Positions 52,147 through 61,754 of a stretch of 64,000 nucleotides of DNA are shown here, piece after piece. The notes under the pieces were generated by a model. It worked only from the letters and a program-made list of their open reading frames with translations, did no database searches and was not told the origin of the DNA. Every line of letters starts with the position of its first letter. The first letter of the stretch is position 1. The stretch spans positions 32,001 through 96,000 of the forward strand of contig JAVRCJ020000006.1 of the NCBI GenBank assembly GCA_034530875.2, read 5' to 3'. Position numbers and translations under genes: made by a program. Origin of the DNA: Nostoc sp. DedSLP01. Its GTDB lineage: Bacteria; Cyanobacteriota; Cyanobacteriia; Cyanobacteriales; Nostocaceae.

Positions 52147-52335
52147 CTAATCTTTTGTTGTTTGTAGGTTTTCGAGCGCGGGCTGCTGGGTATTTTGAAC
52201 ATTGCTTGAGGAATAGTGGGCAATGACAAATACTGGTAGCGTCAGAGTCAACAGAGCGATCGCTGTTCCTACAATGTCTGCCAAACGGTGCGAGTATGTT
52301 TCGGCAGAACTGGCAGACGGGCTATTTGAATTCAT
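52147..52335 (-). CDS. Small single-TM hypothetical protein (62 aa)
   Basis: ADIVGTAIALLTLTLPVFVIAHYS hydrophobic helix; long AT-rich upstream region. Confidence 0.7.
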   Translation of the reverse strand: MNSNSPSASSAETYSHRLADIVGTAIALLTLTLPVFVIAHYSSSNVQNTQQPALENLQTTKD

Positions 52336-53095
52336 ACAATATTGAAGTTATTCGGAATCGTTGTATAGGTCTACTCTCTAGAGAGAGTTTTGGTTGCTAT
52401 TTTAGCTAGTTTTAAACTGGAAAACTTGTAGCATTCCACTAGCTAAACCAGTTTGATAACTGTCATAATAGCGTTTTTATAAATTAACTTTTTCATCCAA
52501 AGTTACAAAAAAATACATAATTTAGAATTTAGTAGTTAATTAATTTGGTAATTAATATTTTCAAATTTTTACTTATATCATCTACTTAATCCCATACGCA
52601 CATTCTCAAATAGCAGCATTATAAATTACATTTTTTTGCTGCTTCAAGATTAATTAGTAAAACGTATTTATTAGATACTTTGTAATTATAACATCCTCTA
52701 ACAAGATTGTTCAGGCCATATTGCAGTAATCAATAATTTGTGATAAATAATACAAAATTCCAAAAACATTGATAGATATTCGTTGTTTTCGATTGTTCTA
52801 TGCTAATTACACACAAAAATATTTGACACCAGAGAAAAAACGGTCACAATCATTTTTATAGTCACTTAAAATTACCGAACAAACACAGATATATCATCTC
52901 TCTCATGTAGGATATATTCAGTAAGATTACTAAATTAATAATTTCTTAATCTGAATTTATAACTATATCTAAAGTCATAGTAAATTTGTCAATCTATATA
53001 TAGGTATAAATATAAAAGCACTGAAAGTTACTGTAGGAACTGAAGTTTACACCCTTTTCATTGCTGAACATATTTTCAAGCTGTATCAATCAGAT

Positions 53096-53123
53096 GTAGA
53101 GACGTTGCATTGCAACATCTCTT
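53096..53123. repeat. GTAG-type REP-like hairpin
   Basis: GTAGAGACGTTGCATTGCAACATCTCT, related to the 17237 copy. Confidence 0.7.
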
Positions 53124-53180
53124 TCATCTCATGCACAATCATTTTCATACATAAAATCAGCAACGCCATAAAATCAATTA

Positions 53181-55742
53181 TCACCGTAATGGAGCTACTC
53201 CTAATGGGCCGCGAGTCACACCCAGCTGATTTTGCAACTTCAACTCTCGCCAGAGTTGAGAACCTGTAATCTCACCTTGCAATAATTGACTGTAGCGATG
53301 TATTGTTTTCGTCACTTGTTCTGGCGTTTCATTGACAAATTCGATGCGAAAGTAGCGTAAACCCAATTCTACAAGACGCTGTACATACTCGGCTCCGGTT
53401 TGAGCAGTGCCGTTAAATACAGTATTGCGGCAACCAATATCTGCTTTGAGGACGTGTTCGCTACCAACGCGGTCTTTTAATTTCACTTCATGCTTCTCGC
53501 AAGGTCGTCCACAGTTGGTATAGTCTGTTCCTGTAGATAAAAATGCACAAAATACGCAGTGTTCCATGTGAAACATTGGTATATGTTGGTGAATTGTAAC
53601 TTCAAACCACTGAGGTGGGCAACTTGTGAGCAGGTCTTCTAGTTGGGTGATGTTCAAATCATAAGAAGCCGTCAACCTTTCCAAACCAAAATGCTGCTGA
53701 AAGTAGTCTGCGGTTAAAGAATTAGCAACGTTGAGTGAAAAATCTCCAATACAACGGTCTGCTGCAAAATATTTTAATTGGTCATAGTTCCGCACCAAAT
53801 AGCCATCTGCTTCACAGGCACGTACTTGCTGCAAAATCCAATTTTCTCCAGGTTTAGTAATTCGAGGTGGGGCGACCCAGATGGTGGGGAGTGGAGAGTG
53901 AGGAGGAAATTTTTCGTCTATTTGCCCTTGTTGGCGCACTAAGTTTACAGCTTCTCGGTAGGCGCGGGGGTCTTCAAACTCACAATACAGTGTTTCAATA
54001 CCAGTTTGCAGTGCGGCTTGCAGTTGTTTGAGGTTTCGCACCAAAACGATGAGAGAGGGAGATGTAGTTTTGCGTTGGGTGGGAGATGAGGGATAAGGGA
54101 AAGAAACTAAATCTTGGAAGGAAACATTAGAACGTAATTGCCAGTGTTTGGGTTGACTTCGCAATTCTTCCAACTGTGTTACAATATCCCGCCGCATCCG
54201 ATTTAATTCACTGACAGGTAACATGATGGCACCGCTGAGGTGGTTGGTTAGGGTTCCCAAACAAAAGGGTGTGTTACCGAGACGACCGAATTGTTCTTCT
54301 AAACGGGCTGTATCTAAGGGTTTGGTATGTGCTTCTACTAATGAAATTGCAGATTCCAATTGCACAATATTACCAAGTCCATCGCGGGCGATCGCAATTA
54401 ACGGCTGACTAACTTCTCCATAAACCTCCAAGTCAATCGGACGCTGAAATTGTGGGTTTTCGCCTGCAAAACTTTGACGCAGTTGCTTATCAAGTTCCGG
54501 GTCGCTGGTTTTCCAAACCTTATCGCCTACATGCACCCGACGTAAGTTCAAATCGCTTCTACCAAAGGTCAACAGAGTTTCCTTACCTTTGGACGCCACT
54601 CCATACACTCGCCCGCCTTCTTCCTTGGCTTCTGGGTGACCGCAGTCAAACACAACTCCATCTCCCGGTTTAACAGGCGCTTCTAATTTGATTGCTATCT
54701 GTTCGTTGTGGATGCGAGTAACTTCACCTAAATAAACCCCGCGTTTTTTACCAAAACGCGCATGAACTAATTCTTGATTGTTAATCCCGCCAAACCAACC
54801 CGTGTAAAGTCCGCGAGAAAATGCCATCTCTAAGTTGTATTGTTCCTGAGAAGATGAAATTTGCTGCGACACTTTCCCCGCGTCAAATTCCTCCATCACC
54901 CGATCCAAGGCTTGCCGATAAACACGGGTGACATTAGCAACATACTCTGGGGCTTTCAGGCGGCCTTCAATTTTCAGAGAAGTTACCCCGGATTTCACCA
55001 AATCGGGCAAAACATCCAATCCTGCGAGGTCTTGAGGACTGAGTAAATATTTGCGATCGCCTAAATCTACAAATTCTCCATCAGCAATTAGATCGTAAGG
55101 CATCCGGCAAGCTTGGGCGCATTCACCACGGTTTGCAGAACGTCCCCCTAAAGCTTCGCTAGTCAAACACTGGCCAGAATACGCCACGCACAAAGCACCG
55201 TGAACAAAAACTTCCAAAGGTAGCGATGTCTGCTGTTGGGCAATTTGCTGCTGGATTTTATTAATTTCTTTAAGAGAACATTCACGCGCCAGCACTACCA
55301 ACTGACAGCCAAGGGACTTGGCAAATTCCACCCCAGCCGCACTAGTAATTGTCATTTGGGTAGAAGCATGGATAGAAAAATCAGGCGAGAGGTGACGGAT
55401 GAGACGACAGATACCAACATCTTGAACAATTACCGCATCCACATCCGCTGCAATAATCGTGCGGAGATATTGTTGTGCTTCTGCTAATTCTTTAGGAAAA
55501 ATTAGTGTATTTACCGTGACATAACCCTTCACGCCCCGACGATGCAGAAATTTCATCAAACTCGGTAAGTCTGCTTCTGTGAAATTTTGCGCCCGCATTC
55601 TGGCGTTGAAGCGATCTAAACCGAAGTAAATTGCATCGGCCCCATTTTCTACAGCAGCTTTAGCACATTCCCAGTTACCTGCTGGCGCAAGTAATTCGGG
55701 ACGTTGAAGAGAAGGTGAAGAAGGGGAGCGATCGCTTTTCAT
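53181..55742 (-). CDS. Peptidase U32 family protein with DUF3656 (RlhA-like RNA hydroxylation factor)
   Basis: PELLAPAG, GADAIY, HASTQ, HGALCVAYSGQC..NRGECAQACR Fe-S motif, LKIEGRLK. Confidence 0.9.
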   Translation of the reverse strand: MKSDRSPSSPSLQRPELLAPAGNWECAKAAVENGADAIYFGLDRFNARMRAQNFTEADLPSLMKFLHRRGVKGYVTVNTLIFPKELAEAQQYLRTIIAADVDAVIVQDVGICRLIRHLSPDFSIHASTQMTITSAAGVEFAKSLGCQLVVLARECSLKEINKIQQQIAQQQTSLPLEVFVHGALCVAYSGQCLTSEALGGRSANRGECAQACRMPYDLIADGEFVDLGDRKYLLSPQDLAGLDVLPDLVKSGVTSLKIEGRLKAPEYVANVTRVYRQALDRVMEEFDAGKVSQQISSSQEQYNLEMAFSRGLYTGWFGGINNQELVHARFGKKRGVYLGEVTRIHNEQIAIKLEAPVKPGDGVVFDCGHPEAKEEGGRVYGVASKGKETLLTFGRSDLNLRRVHVGDKVWKTSDPELDKQLRQSFAGENPQFQRPIDLEVYGEVSQPLIAIARDGLGNIVQLESAISLVEAHTKPLDTARLEEQFGRLGNTPFCLGTLTNHLSGAIMLPVSELNRMRRDIVTQLEELRSQPKHWQLRSNVSFQDLVSFPYPSSPTQRKTTSPSLIVLVRNLKQLQAALQTGIETLYCEFEDPRAYREAVNLVRQQGQIDEKFPPHSPLPTIWVAPPRITKPGENWILQQVRACEADGYLVRNYDQLKYFAADRCIGDFSLNVANSLTADYFQQHFGLERLTASYDLNITQLEDLLTSCPPQWFEVTIHQHIPMFHMEHCVFCAFLSTGTDYTNCGRPCEKHEVKLKDRVGSEHVLKADIGCRNTVFNGTAQTGAEYVQRLVELGLRYFRIEFVNETPEQVTKTIHRYSQLLQGEITGSQLWRELKLQNQLGVTRGPLGVAPLR

Positions 55743-55815
55743 GTTTACTTAGGATTCAGTAGCACCATAGCGATCTTACCTAAGTTGATGGGGGATGGTG
55801 GGGGGGTAGGGGCGA
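55727..55815. repeat. 89-bp direct repeat, copy 1 (U32 gene start and upstream region)
   Basis: 81/89 identical to 56786-56874 by manual alignment; begins at a HIP1 site. Confidence 0.95.
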
Positions 55816-55886
55816 GCATTATCTTCAAGCTAGTGTTTTAATTCACCTGGAAGTGATGAAAAAACGATCCTATTTCCAATTTTTGT

Positions 55887-55901
55887 GTGTACATTGTCCA
55901 C
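55887..55901. promoter_or_regulatory. Putative TA autorepression operator
   Basis: GTGTACA-T-TGTCCAC imperfect palindrome about 50 bp upstream of the antitoxin. Confidence 0.45.
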
Positions 55902-55952
55902 TAATATTAGTTATGCTGTAAATATAGACTCAGCTAAAAGCGGGAATTAGCC

Positions 55953-56237
55953 ATGTCAGAAACATCATCTGCAAAAGATTGCCGTATTGATTTACGAGTT
56001 ACGCAAGAACAAAAAGAACTATTAGAACGTGCTGCAAGTCTGAAAGGAATTTCGTTGAGTGCTTATACACTTTTTCATGTTTTAGCGATCGCCAAGCAAG
56101 ATATCGATGCGAATGAAAGGCTGGTGCTGTCTAATCTTGATAGAGATTTGTTTATGTCAGTAATGGAAAACCCCCCAGAACTGAAGGGAAAACTCAAATC
56201 TGCTATTCAGCAATATAGACAGAAATATGGCAAATGA
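55953..56237 (+). CDS. DUF1778 ribbon-helix-helix antitoxin (TacA/AtaR type)
   Basis: RIDLRVTQEQKELLERAASLKGISLSAY..LSNLDRDLF..LENPP-like pattern (MENPP). Confidence 0.9.
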   Translation: MSETSSAKDCRIDLRVTQEQKELLERAASLKGISLSAYTLFHVLAIAKQDIDANERLVLSNLDRDLFMSVMENPPELKGKLKSAIQQYRQKYGK

Positions 56238-56748
56238 TAGCAAAGCAAGATGGAATTTTGTACCAATTGATAAAAAATACCAAAGAGATTCTTTTGATTG
56301 TGGTTATGCAATTTTGAATGATTATCTCAAGAAATATGCACGGCAAAATGATAATAAAGGAATTGCTAAAACATTTGTAGCAATTCCGGCATCAGGAAGC
56401 TTGAAGATAGATGGCTATTATACTGTCAGTGCCAGCGTTATTGAGTATGAATCATTACCACAATCTTATCATCGTGGAATGCCTGCCTATCCAATTCCAG
56501 CAATGCTGATTGGAAGATTAGCAGTAGATAATTCAGTGAAAGGACAAGGTTTGGGAGGCGAATTGTTAGCAGACGCTCTCTACCGTGCTGTTCGTGCTTC
56601 TCAAGAAATTGGAATATATGCTGTGAGAGTTGATGCTATTGATTTTCAGGCAAAGGAATTTTATCTTAAGTATGAGTTTATCCCTTTTCAAGACAATGAA
56701 CTCTCACTATTTCTGCCAATAGCAACGATAGTTAAAGAGTTTGGTTAA
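56227..56748 (+). CDS. GNAT acetyltransferase toxin (TacT/AtaT type)
   Basis: FDCG..LNDYL, GYYTV, PIPAMLIGRLAVD, GQGLG, VDAID..FYLKYEF; overlaps the antitoxin by 11 nt. Confidence 0.9.
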   Translation: MANDSKARWNFVPIDKKYQRDSFDCGYAILNDYLKKYARQNDNKGIAKTFVAIPASGSLKIDGYYTVSASVIEYESLPQSYHRGMPAYPIPAMLIGRLAVDNSVKGQGLGGELLADALYRAVRASQEIGIYAVRVDAIDFQAKEFYLKYEFIPFQDNELSLFLPIATIVKEFG

Positions 56749-56785
56749 CTTAATCACGGAAATATCAAAGATAACAAAATTCAAT

Positions 56786-56874
56786 AGCGATCGCTTTTCA
56801 TGTTTACTTGGGGTTAAGTAGCACCATAGCGATCTTACCTAAGTTGTTGGGGGATGGTGAGGGACTGGGGGCGA
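56786..56874. repeat. 89-bp direct repeat, copy 2 (orphaned U32 5' stub)
   Basis: Encodes MKSDR on the minus strand; similarity to copy 1 stops one base past the HIP1 site. Confidence 0.95.
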
Positions 56875-56892
56875 TACTTCGCAATCAAAAGC

Positions 56893-58698
56893 TTATGTAA
56901 ACCTGCGAAAAAAATCCAAATAGCCTGAGGGTTTTACTTCTTCTACGTTTGAACCAATTCGTTGATAATATCTGTTGTCGTACATAACAGGGGTTTGCCC
57001 AGCTTTAATACAAAAGACAACTACATCTTTATTGTAATAATTGACAATTTTAATATTTCTACCAATATTATCTTTGACAGATTGCTCAATAGGTTGAGAC
57101 TGAATTTTCTGTATAAGCCATTTGAAAAAATTATCAATATCACCTCGAAGTCTCTTCGCTTCATGTCCAATTCCAGTTATCTTGAATTTGTTATATTCTA
57201 CGCTGTGAATATTGTACAAACTCTGTATTCTCATAGCATCATTTTCATTATCTGCAACTCCAACACATACATATCCTGTAGCTCCAGGTGAATGATTAGC
57301 CATAGCGGTGAGAGTTTTTATGATTTTGCTAAAATTATCTTCATCAAACTCCCCTCTTCCATCTAACCTTGTAAATCCTTGTTTGAAATCAAAGAGAGTT
57401 TGCTCTGTTCTTGATTGCGTAAGTAAAGTTTCAAATTCAGTTAACCAGCTATCAGTGGCAGGATCTACTTGTTCTTTAGGCTTAAAACAATTTCTGATAA
57501 TACCCTTAACAGCGGATACATTAGTATTTTTATTAGCGGCGCTCCAATTACCTCCAGTAGTTATTCTAATATGTTGCCCAATATTCGTTAGTTTACTGAT
57601 AAGTTCATTATAATTTATAACATCCATATTTTCTTTGAACATTAAATCATAAAAACTTAGAAAAATTATTTGGAAATACCGAGGAATTTTTTGGAAAGTT
57701 TGGTCAAAAAATATTAATTCACTGAACTTGCAATTAGATTGTTCTAATACTTTACGTATCTGGTCATAAACTTTCAGAAATCGTCTTCTAATAATATCAG
57801 GATTTACTTTCTGAAGCGCTCTTTCTATATCCTCTTTTTTTGTACTTTCTTTTAAACCATAAAACTCATCTAGTACGTCTGAACTACTTCTTGGTACCTC
57901 TGGTAGTGACATATATGCAACAAGATCAGCTACTATTTCTTCATCTTTAGATTCTCTAACCATTTCCTTTGTCAAAACACCATTTTTAACCCAAAAAATA
58001 TCATCAACTTTGATTCCGTAATCCAGTTGTTTATTAGTTATACTTATAAGCTTCATATCATTCAGTAGTAGTACATCTGAAGCAGATGTATCAGTTCTAA
58101 TCTCGCTTGAAATTTTTCGTACCATATCAGGAAAATATGCTGCTGCACCTGATGCCCTTAATTCTTGTCTAGAAAGATATTTACCATTTGAATTAATTCT
58201 TCTAAATATTTCATCTATTTTTTCTTCGTCATCAAATGAATAAACGGAAAGAGGCATTACATAACTGGCGACGGCTTCACATAAACTTCTTTCCAATATA
58301 GGAGTTTTTTGAGCTAATAATTGTTGATCTAGACGAGATTTTGATTCTACCATTGTTGCTAAATCAAAATATTTTTCATAAACATCAAATTCCCCTTCAA
58401 TAAAAGCAGTTATAGCATTTAATCTTTGCATACCATCTAGGATCTCAAAAACTGATTTTTCTTCTCTTTCAGTTTCTGCTAGCAAGATAATAGGTACAGG
58501 AAAACCTTTTAATATTGAATCAATAAATGCTCTTTTTTCTTCAATAGTCCAGACAAGTTTTCTTTGATATCTTCTGTTAACATAAAAAAGATTATTGATA
58601 TAAAAGTTATAAACTCGTTGGATTGACTCGCTTCTGATCGAAAGTTCCTTTTGAACAGAAGATGTAGTAGATTTAATTGGTGAATTAGGCATAATCAT
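56893..58698 (-). CDS. DUF262 (GmrS-like) domain fused to a C-terminal AlbA_2/Schlafen-like domain
   Basis: YQRKLVW, ILDGMQRL and IFRRINSNG DUF262 motifs; EQTLFDFKQ..IIKTLTAMAN..GYVCVGVAD..YYQRIGS AlbA_2-like motifs; AT-rich, no HIP1 seen. Confidence 0.8.
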   Translation of the reverse strand: MIMPNSPIKSTTSSVQKELSIRSESIQRVYNFYINNLFYVNRRYQRKLVWTIEEKRAFIDSILKGFPVPIILLAETEREEKSVFEILDGMQRLNAITAFIEGEFDVYEKYFDLATMVESKSRLDQQLLAQKTPILERSLCEAVASYVMPLSVYSFDDEEKIDEIFRRINSNGKYLSRQELRASGAAAYFPDMVRKISSEIRTDTSASDVLLLNDMKLISITNKQLDYGIKVDDIFWVKNGVLTKEMVRESKDEEIVADLVAYMSLPEVPRSSSDVLDEFYGLKESTKKEDIERALQKVNPDIIRRRFLKVYDQIRKVLEQSNCKFSELIFFDQTFQKIPRYFQIIFLSFYDLMFKENMDVINYNELISKLTNIGQHIRITTGGNWSAANKNTNVSAVKGIIRNCFKPKEQVDPATDSWLTEFETLLTQSRTEQTLFDFKQGFTRLDGRGEFDEDNFSKIIKTLTAMANHSPGATGYVCVGVADNENDAMRIQSLYNIHSVEYNKFKITGIGHEAKRLRGDIDNFFKWLIQKIQSQPIEQSVKDNIGRNIKIVNYYNKDVVVFCIKAGQTPVMYDNRYYQRIGSNVEEVKPSGYLDFFRRFT

Positions 58699-59014
58699 TT
58701 TTTCATGAATTTAATTTATTATATATTAAATCAATTATTTATACCTAATAATTAGCTAGTTATCAATATATATAGAAGGTTTTTAAGACTTTTTTACACA
58801 ATAATCTAGACTTACTTGTATAAATCTCCCTAAGTAATTTTTAGTTAGAAAAGTTCATACTTATGAAGAAAGCAGTAAAGATAGACAGAAAGTTATTGAA
58901 TGGGATCAAGAGCAAGGAAAATCTTTGCCAAAGGTAATTACTTTTTCTCAGAAACAGTTAAAAGTAGCTTAAACTTTTTTTAGATACTTTGCATAAGTAG
59001 AGCGATCGCTCTCT

Positions 59015-59623
59015 TCACTCCAATTTTTCTGCATCAACTTCTGACTCAACAAGCTCAAAGTTTACCTTGTTATATAAATCCTGCAATGAAATTTCAAAGG
59101 GTACGGTTGTAAGTGCGATCGCTTCGTCTTCTTCATCATATTCCCGAAGCGTCCATTGCTTTTTCCCAGTTTTAGAAAATTGCTCTACACGAATTCGAGT
59201 TTGGTCAATTAACAGATATTCTTGGAAGGTAGAAATAGTTCGGTAAGCTTCAAATTTATCTTGGCGATCGTAAGCTTTGGTCGATTTTGATAGAACTTCT
59301 ACAATTACCTGTGGGTTTAAAATTATATCCCTCCGGTTGTTAAAAAACTCCGGTTGACCTGCCACAATCATTACATCTGGATAGGTATAGGTACGCTTTT
59401 GGAGTATCCATAGACGAATATCAGACATGAAAACTTCGTATTCTTGTTGTCTAAATGCAAAATTTAAGTTAGCGCTTAGATTCAAGGAGATTCGATTGTG
59501 ATTTGCTGTTCCACCCGCCATAGGAATTATTTGCCCGTCAATGTATTCACTTTTGTAGTCAGCAGCTTCTTCTAGCTCTAAATATTCCTCTGGGGTATAG
59601 TATCGCTGTTGTGTTATTTGCAT
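59015..59623 (-). CDS. Uma2 family endonuclease
   Basis: YTPEEYL..EYIDGQIIPMAG..YPDVMI..VEVLSKST..EYLLIDQ. Confidence 0.92.
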   Translation of the reverse strand: MQITQQRYYTPEEYLELEEAADYKSEYIDGQIIPMAGGTANHNRISLNLSANLNFAFRQQEYEVFMSDIRLWILQKRTYTYPDVMIVAGQPEFFNNRRDIILNPQVIVEVLSKSTKAYDRQDKFEAYRTISTFQEYLLIDQTRIRVEQFSKTGKKQWTLREYDEEDEAIALTTVPFEISLQDLYNKVNFELVESEVDAEKLE

Positions 59624-59744
59624 AGCTCTATGGGGTAACAATGTTTAACGATACGGAGCGTCTAGGCACTAAAGATATTTTATCCATGTTGACCGAACTG
59701 GTTAACAGGTTAGATAAAAATTTTATGTGCTGCTAACACCTTTC

Positions 59745-61576
59745 CTATTGATAACCGGCTGCTTGTAACAGAAACAATTTGGCATAACGTCCCCCTAGCT
59801 GTAACAGTTCTTCGTGAGTTCCCTGTTCTATAACTTCCCCATTTTCTATTACTAGAATTTTGTCAGCCATTCGTACCGTAGAGAAGCGATGAGAAATCAA
59901 AAGTACCATCTGATTTTGAGTAATAGCCCGAAAATGATTGAAAATCTCAAACTCAGCTTGGGCATCTATTGCTGATGTTGGTTCATCTAACACCAAGATA
60001 TCTGCTTGCGATCGCATAAAAGCACGAGACAAAGCAATTTTCTGCCACTGTCCCCCAGAAAGTTCCTGTCCTCCCTTAAACCAACGGCCGAGTTGAGTCT
60101 GGAAGCTTTGGGGTAATTGGTCGATAAAAGATTGCGCCATGCCTTTTTGAGCAGCAGTTTCCCAACGAGTTGTATTTTCGAGATCTTCTACATCGCCGAC
60201 GCCAATATTCTCACCCACAGTAAATTGATAGCGGACAAAGTTCTGAAAAATCACACCAATGCGACGCCGCAACACATCCACATCCCATTCTTGCAAGTCC
60301 AAACCATCTAAGAAAATTCGCCCAGAGTCAGGGGTGTAGAGTCGGGTAAGTAGTTTGATTAAAGTAGTCTTACCGGAACCGTTTTCACCTACAATTGCTA
60401 GTTTCTCTCTCGGTTTCAAGTGCAGCGAAATGTTTCTCAATGCTGGCTTGGAACTTCCTGGATAAGTAAATGATACGTTCTCAAAACGGATACCATCTTG
60501 AGGATTTAAACCAACGGTTGCCTTACCCCAAGACTTTGGTACTTTCTCTTCCAGAAAATCATAGAGATTTGATAGATATAGGTTGTCCTCATACATCCCT
60601 CCAATAGAAGTCAGGGCATTCGAGAAAGTAGACTGTCCTTGGCGAAACACAGTCAGATACATTGTCATGTCTCCCAAGGAAATCTTACCTAGCACTGTTT
60701 CCAGCACAATCCAAGCATAAGCTACATAAAAAGCGCCAGTACTGACTAAACTCAGGAGATACCCCCACAATCCTCTGCGGAGAGTCAAATCGCGGTCTTC
60801 GCCATAAAGTGTATCGAACAGGTTGCGGTAACGTCCTAGCAACATCTCTCCGAGTTGGTAGAGTTTGACTTCCGTGACAAAATCTTCTCTTGCTAGCAGA
60901 TTTTCTAGGTAGTGCTGTTGACGGGTTTCTGATGCGCGCCAGCTGAACAAGCGAAAGGCTTCTCCTGCAAACTTTGTTTCGGCAATAAATACAGGTATGG
61001 CAGCCAAAATCAGCATTAGCACCGCCCAAACTGAGAAATTAACTAGCAAAATACCGTATGTGAACAGGGAAAGGGCATTTTGCACTAAGCCAAATGTGCG
61101 GTTTACTAAGGAAAGGGGACGAACTGATGCTTCTCGTCGGGCATTGGTCAATTTGTCATAAAATTCTGAGTCTTCAAACTGCCTAAGATCCAGTGTCAGC
61201 GCCTTTTCTAAGATGAGTACATTTACTCGCTGACCCAGTAGCGCCCGCAATAACGATTGACAAATAGTGATTCCCCGTTGACTACCTGCTAGTAAAATTA
61301 CAGCGATCGCTTCTAATCCTACATACAACAAAGCAGGATAAATATTGACAGAACCATTACTGTCTGAGTTTACCTGAGAGGCAAATACGACTGCATCAAC
61401 AATTAACTTACTTATGTAAGATATCGCCCCTGGTAAAATACCAGCAACTAAAGTTAAACTAGCCAGAAAAATAGTAAGCGATCGGCTAGTAGTCCATACT
61501 AAGCTTATAGCCCGTCCACTGTACCGGAAAACCGTCAGTGATTGGCGTATAATATTTCTTTTTTTTTAATTTTCAT
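59745..61576 (-). CDS. ABC transporter permease/ATP-binding protein, apparent 1-nt frameshift in an A9 run near the start
   Basis: GENGSGKT, LSGGQWQK, LDEP, SHR motifs; the frame extends upstream of 61331 through a TM helix; ATG 61576 is out of frame by 1 across T9 at 61559-61567. Confidence 0.85.
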
Positions 61577-61754
61577 CTTTACTTGCCGCGAGATACCCCA
61601 AGTGCAGCGAATCTTCCTGACTTTATTTAATCTTTATAAATTTTAGCAAAAAAGAACTCATAATTCAGGAGCTAGAATCACAAGTCTCCGAATCAGTAGT
61701 GACTTCCATACTTAAATTAACGAATATTCTCGATTCTGACTTTTATTTACATTT

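Noticed and set aside
56962..57613. Antisense ORFs within the DUF262 gene as possible partner genes
   Set aside because: Composition is typical of shadow frames; no RBS or motifs
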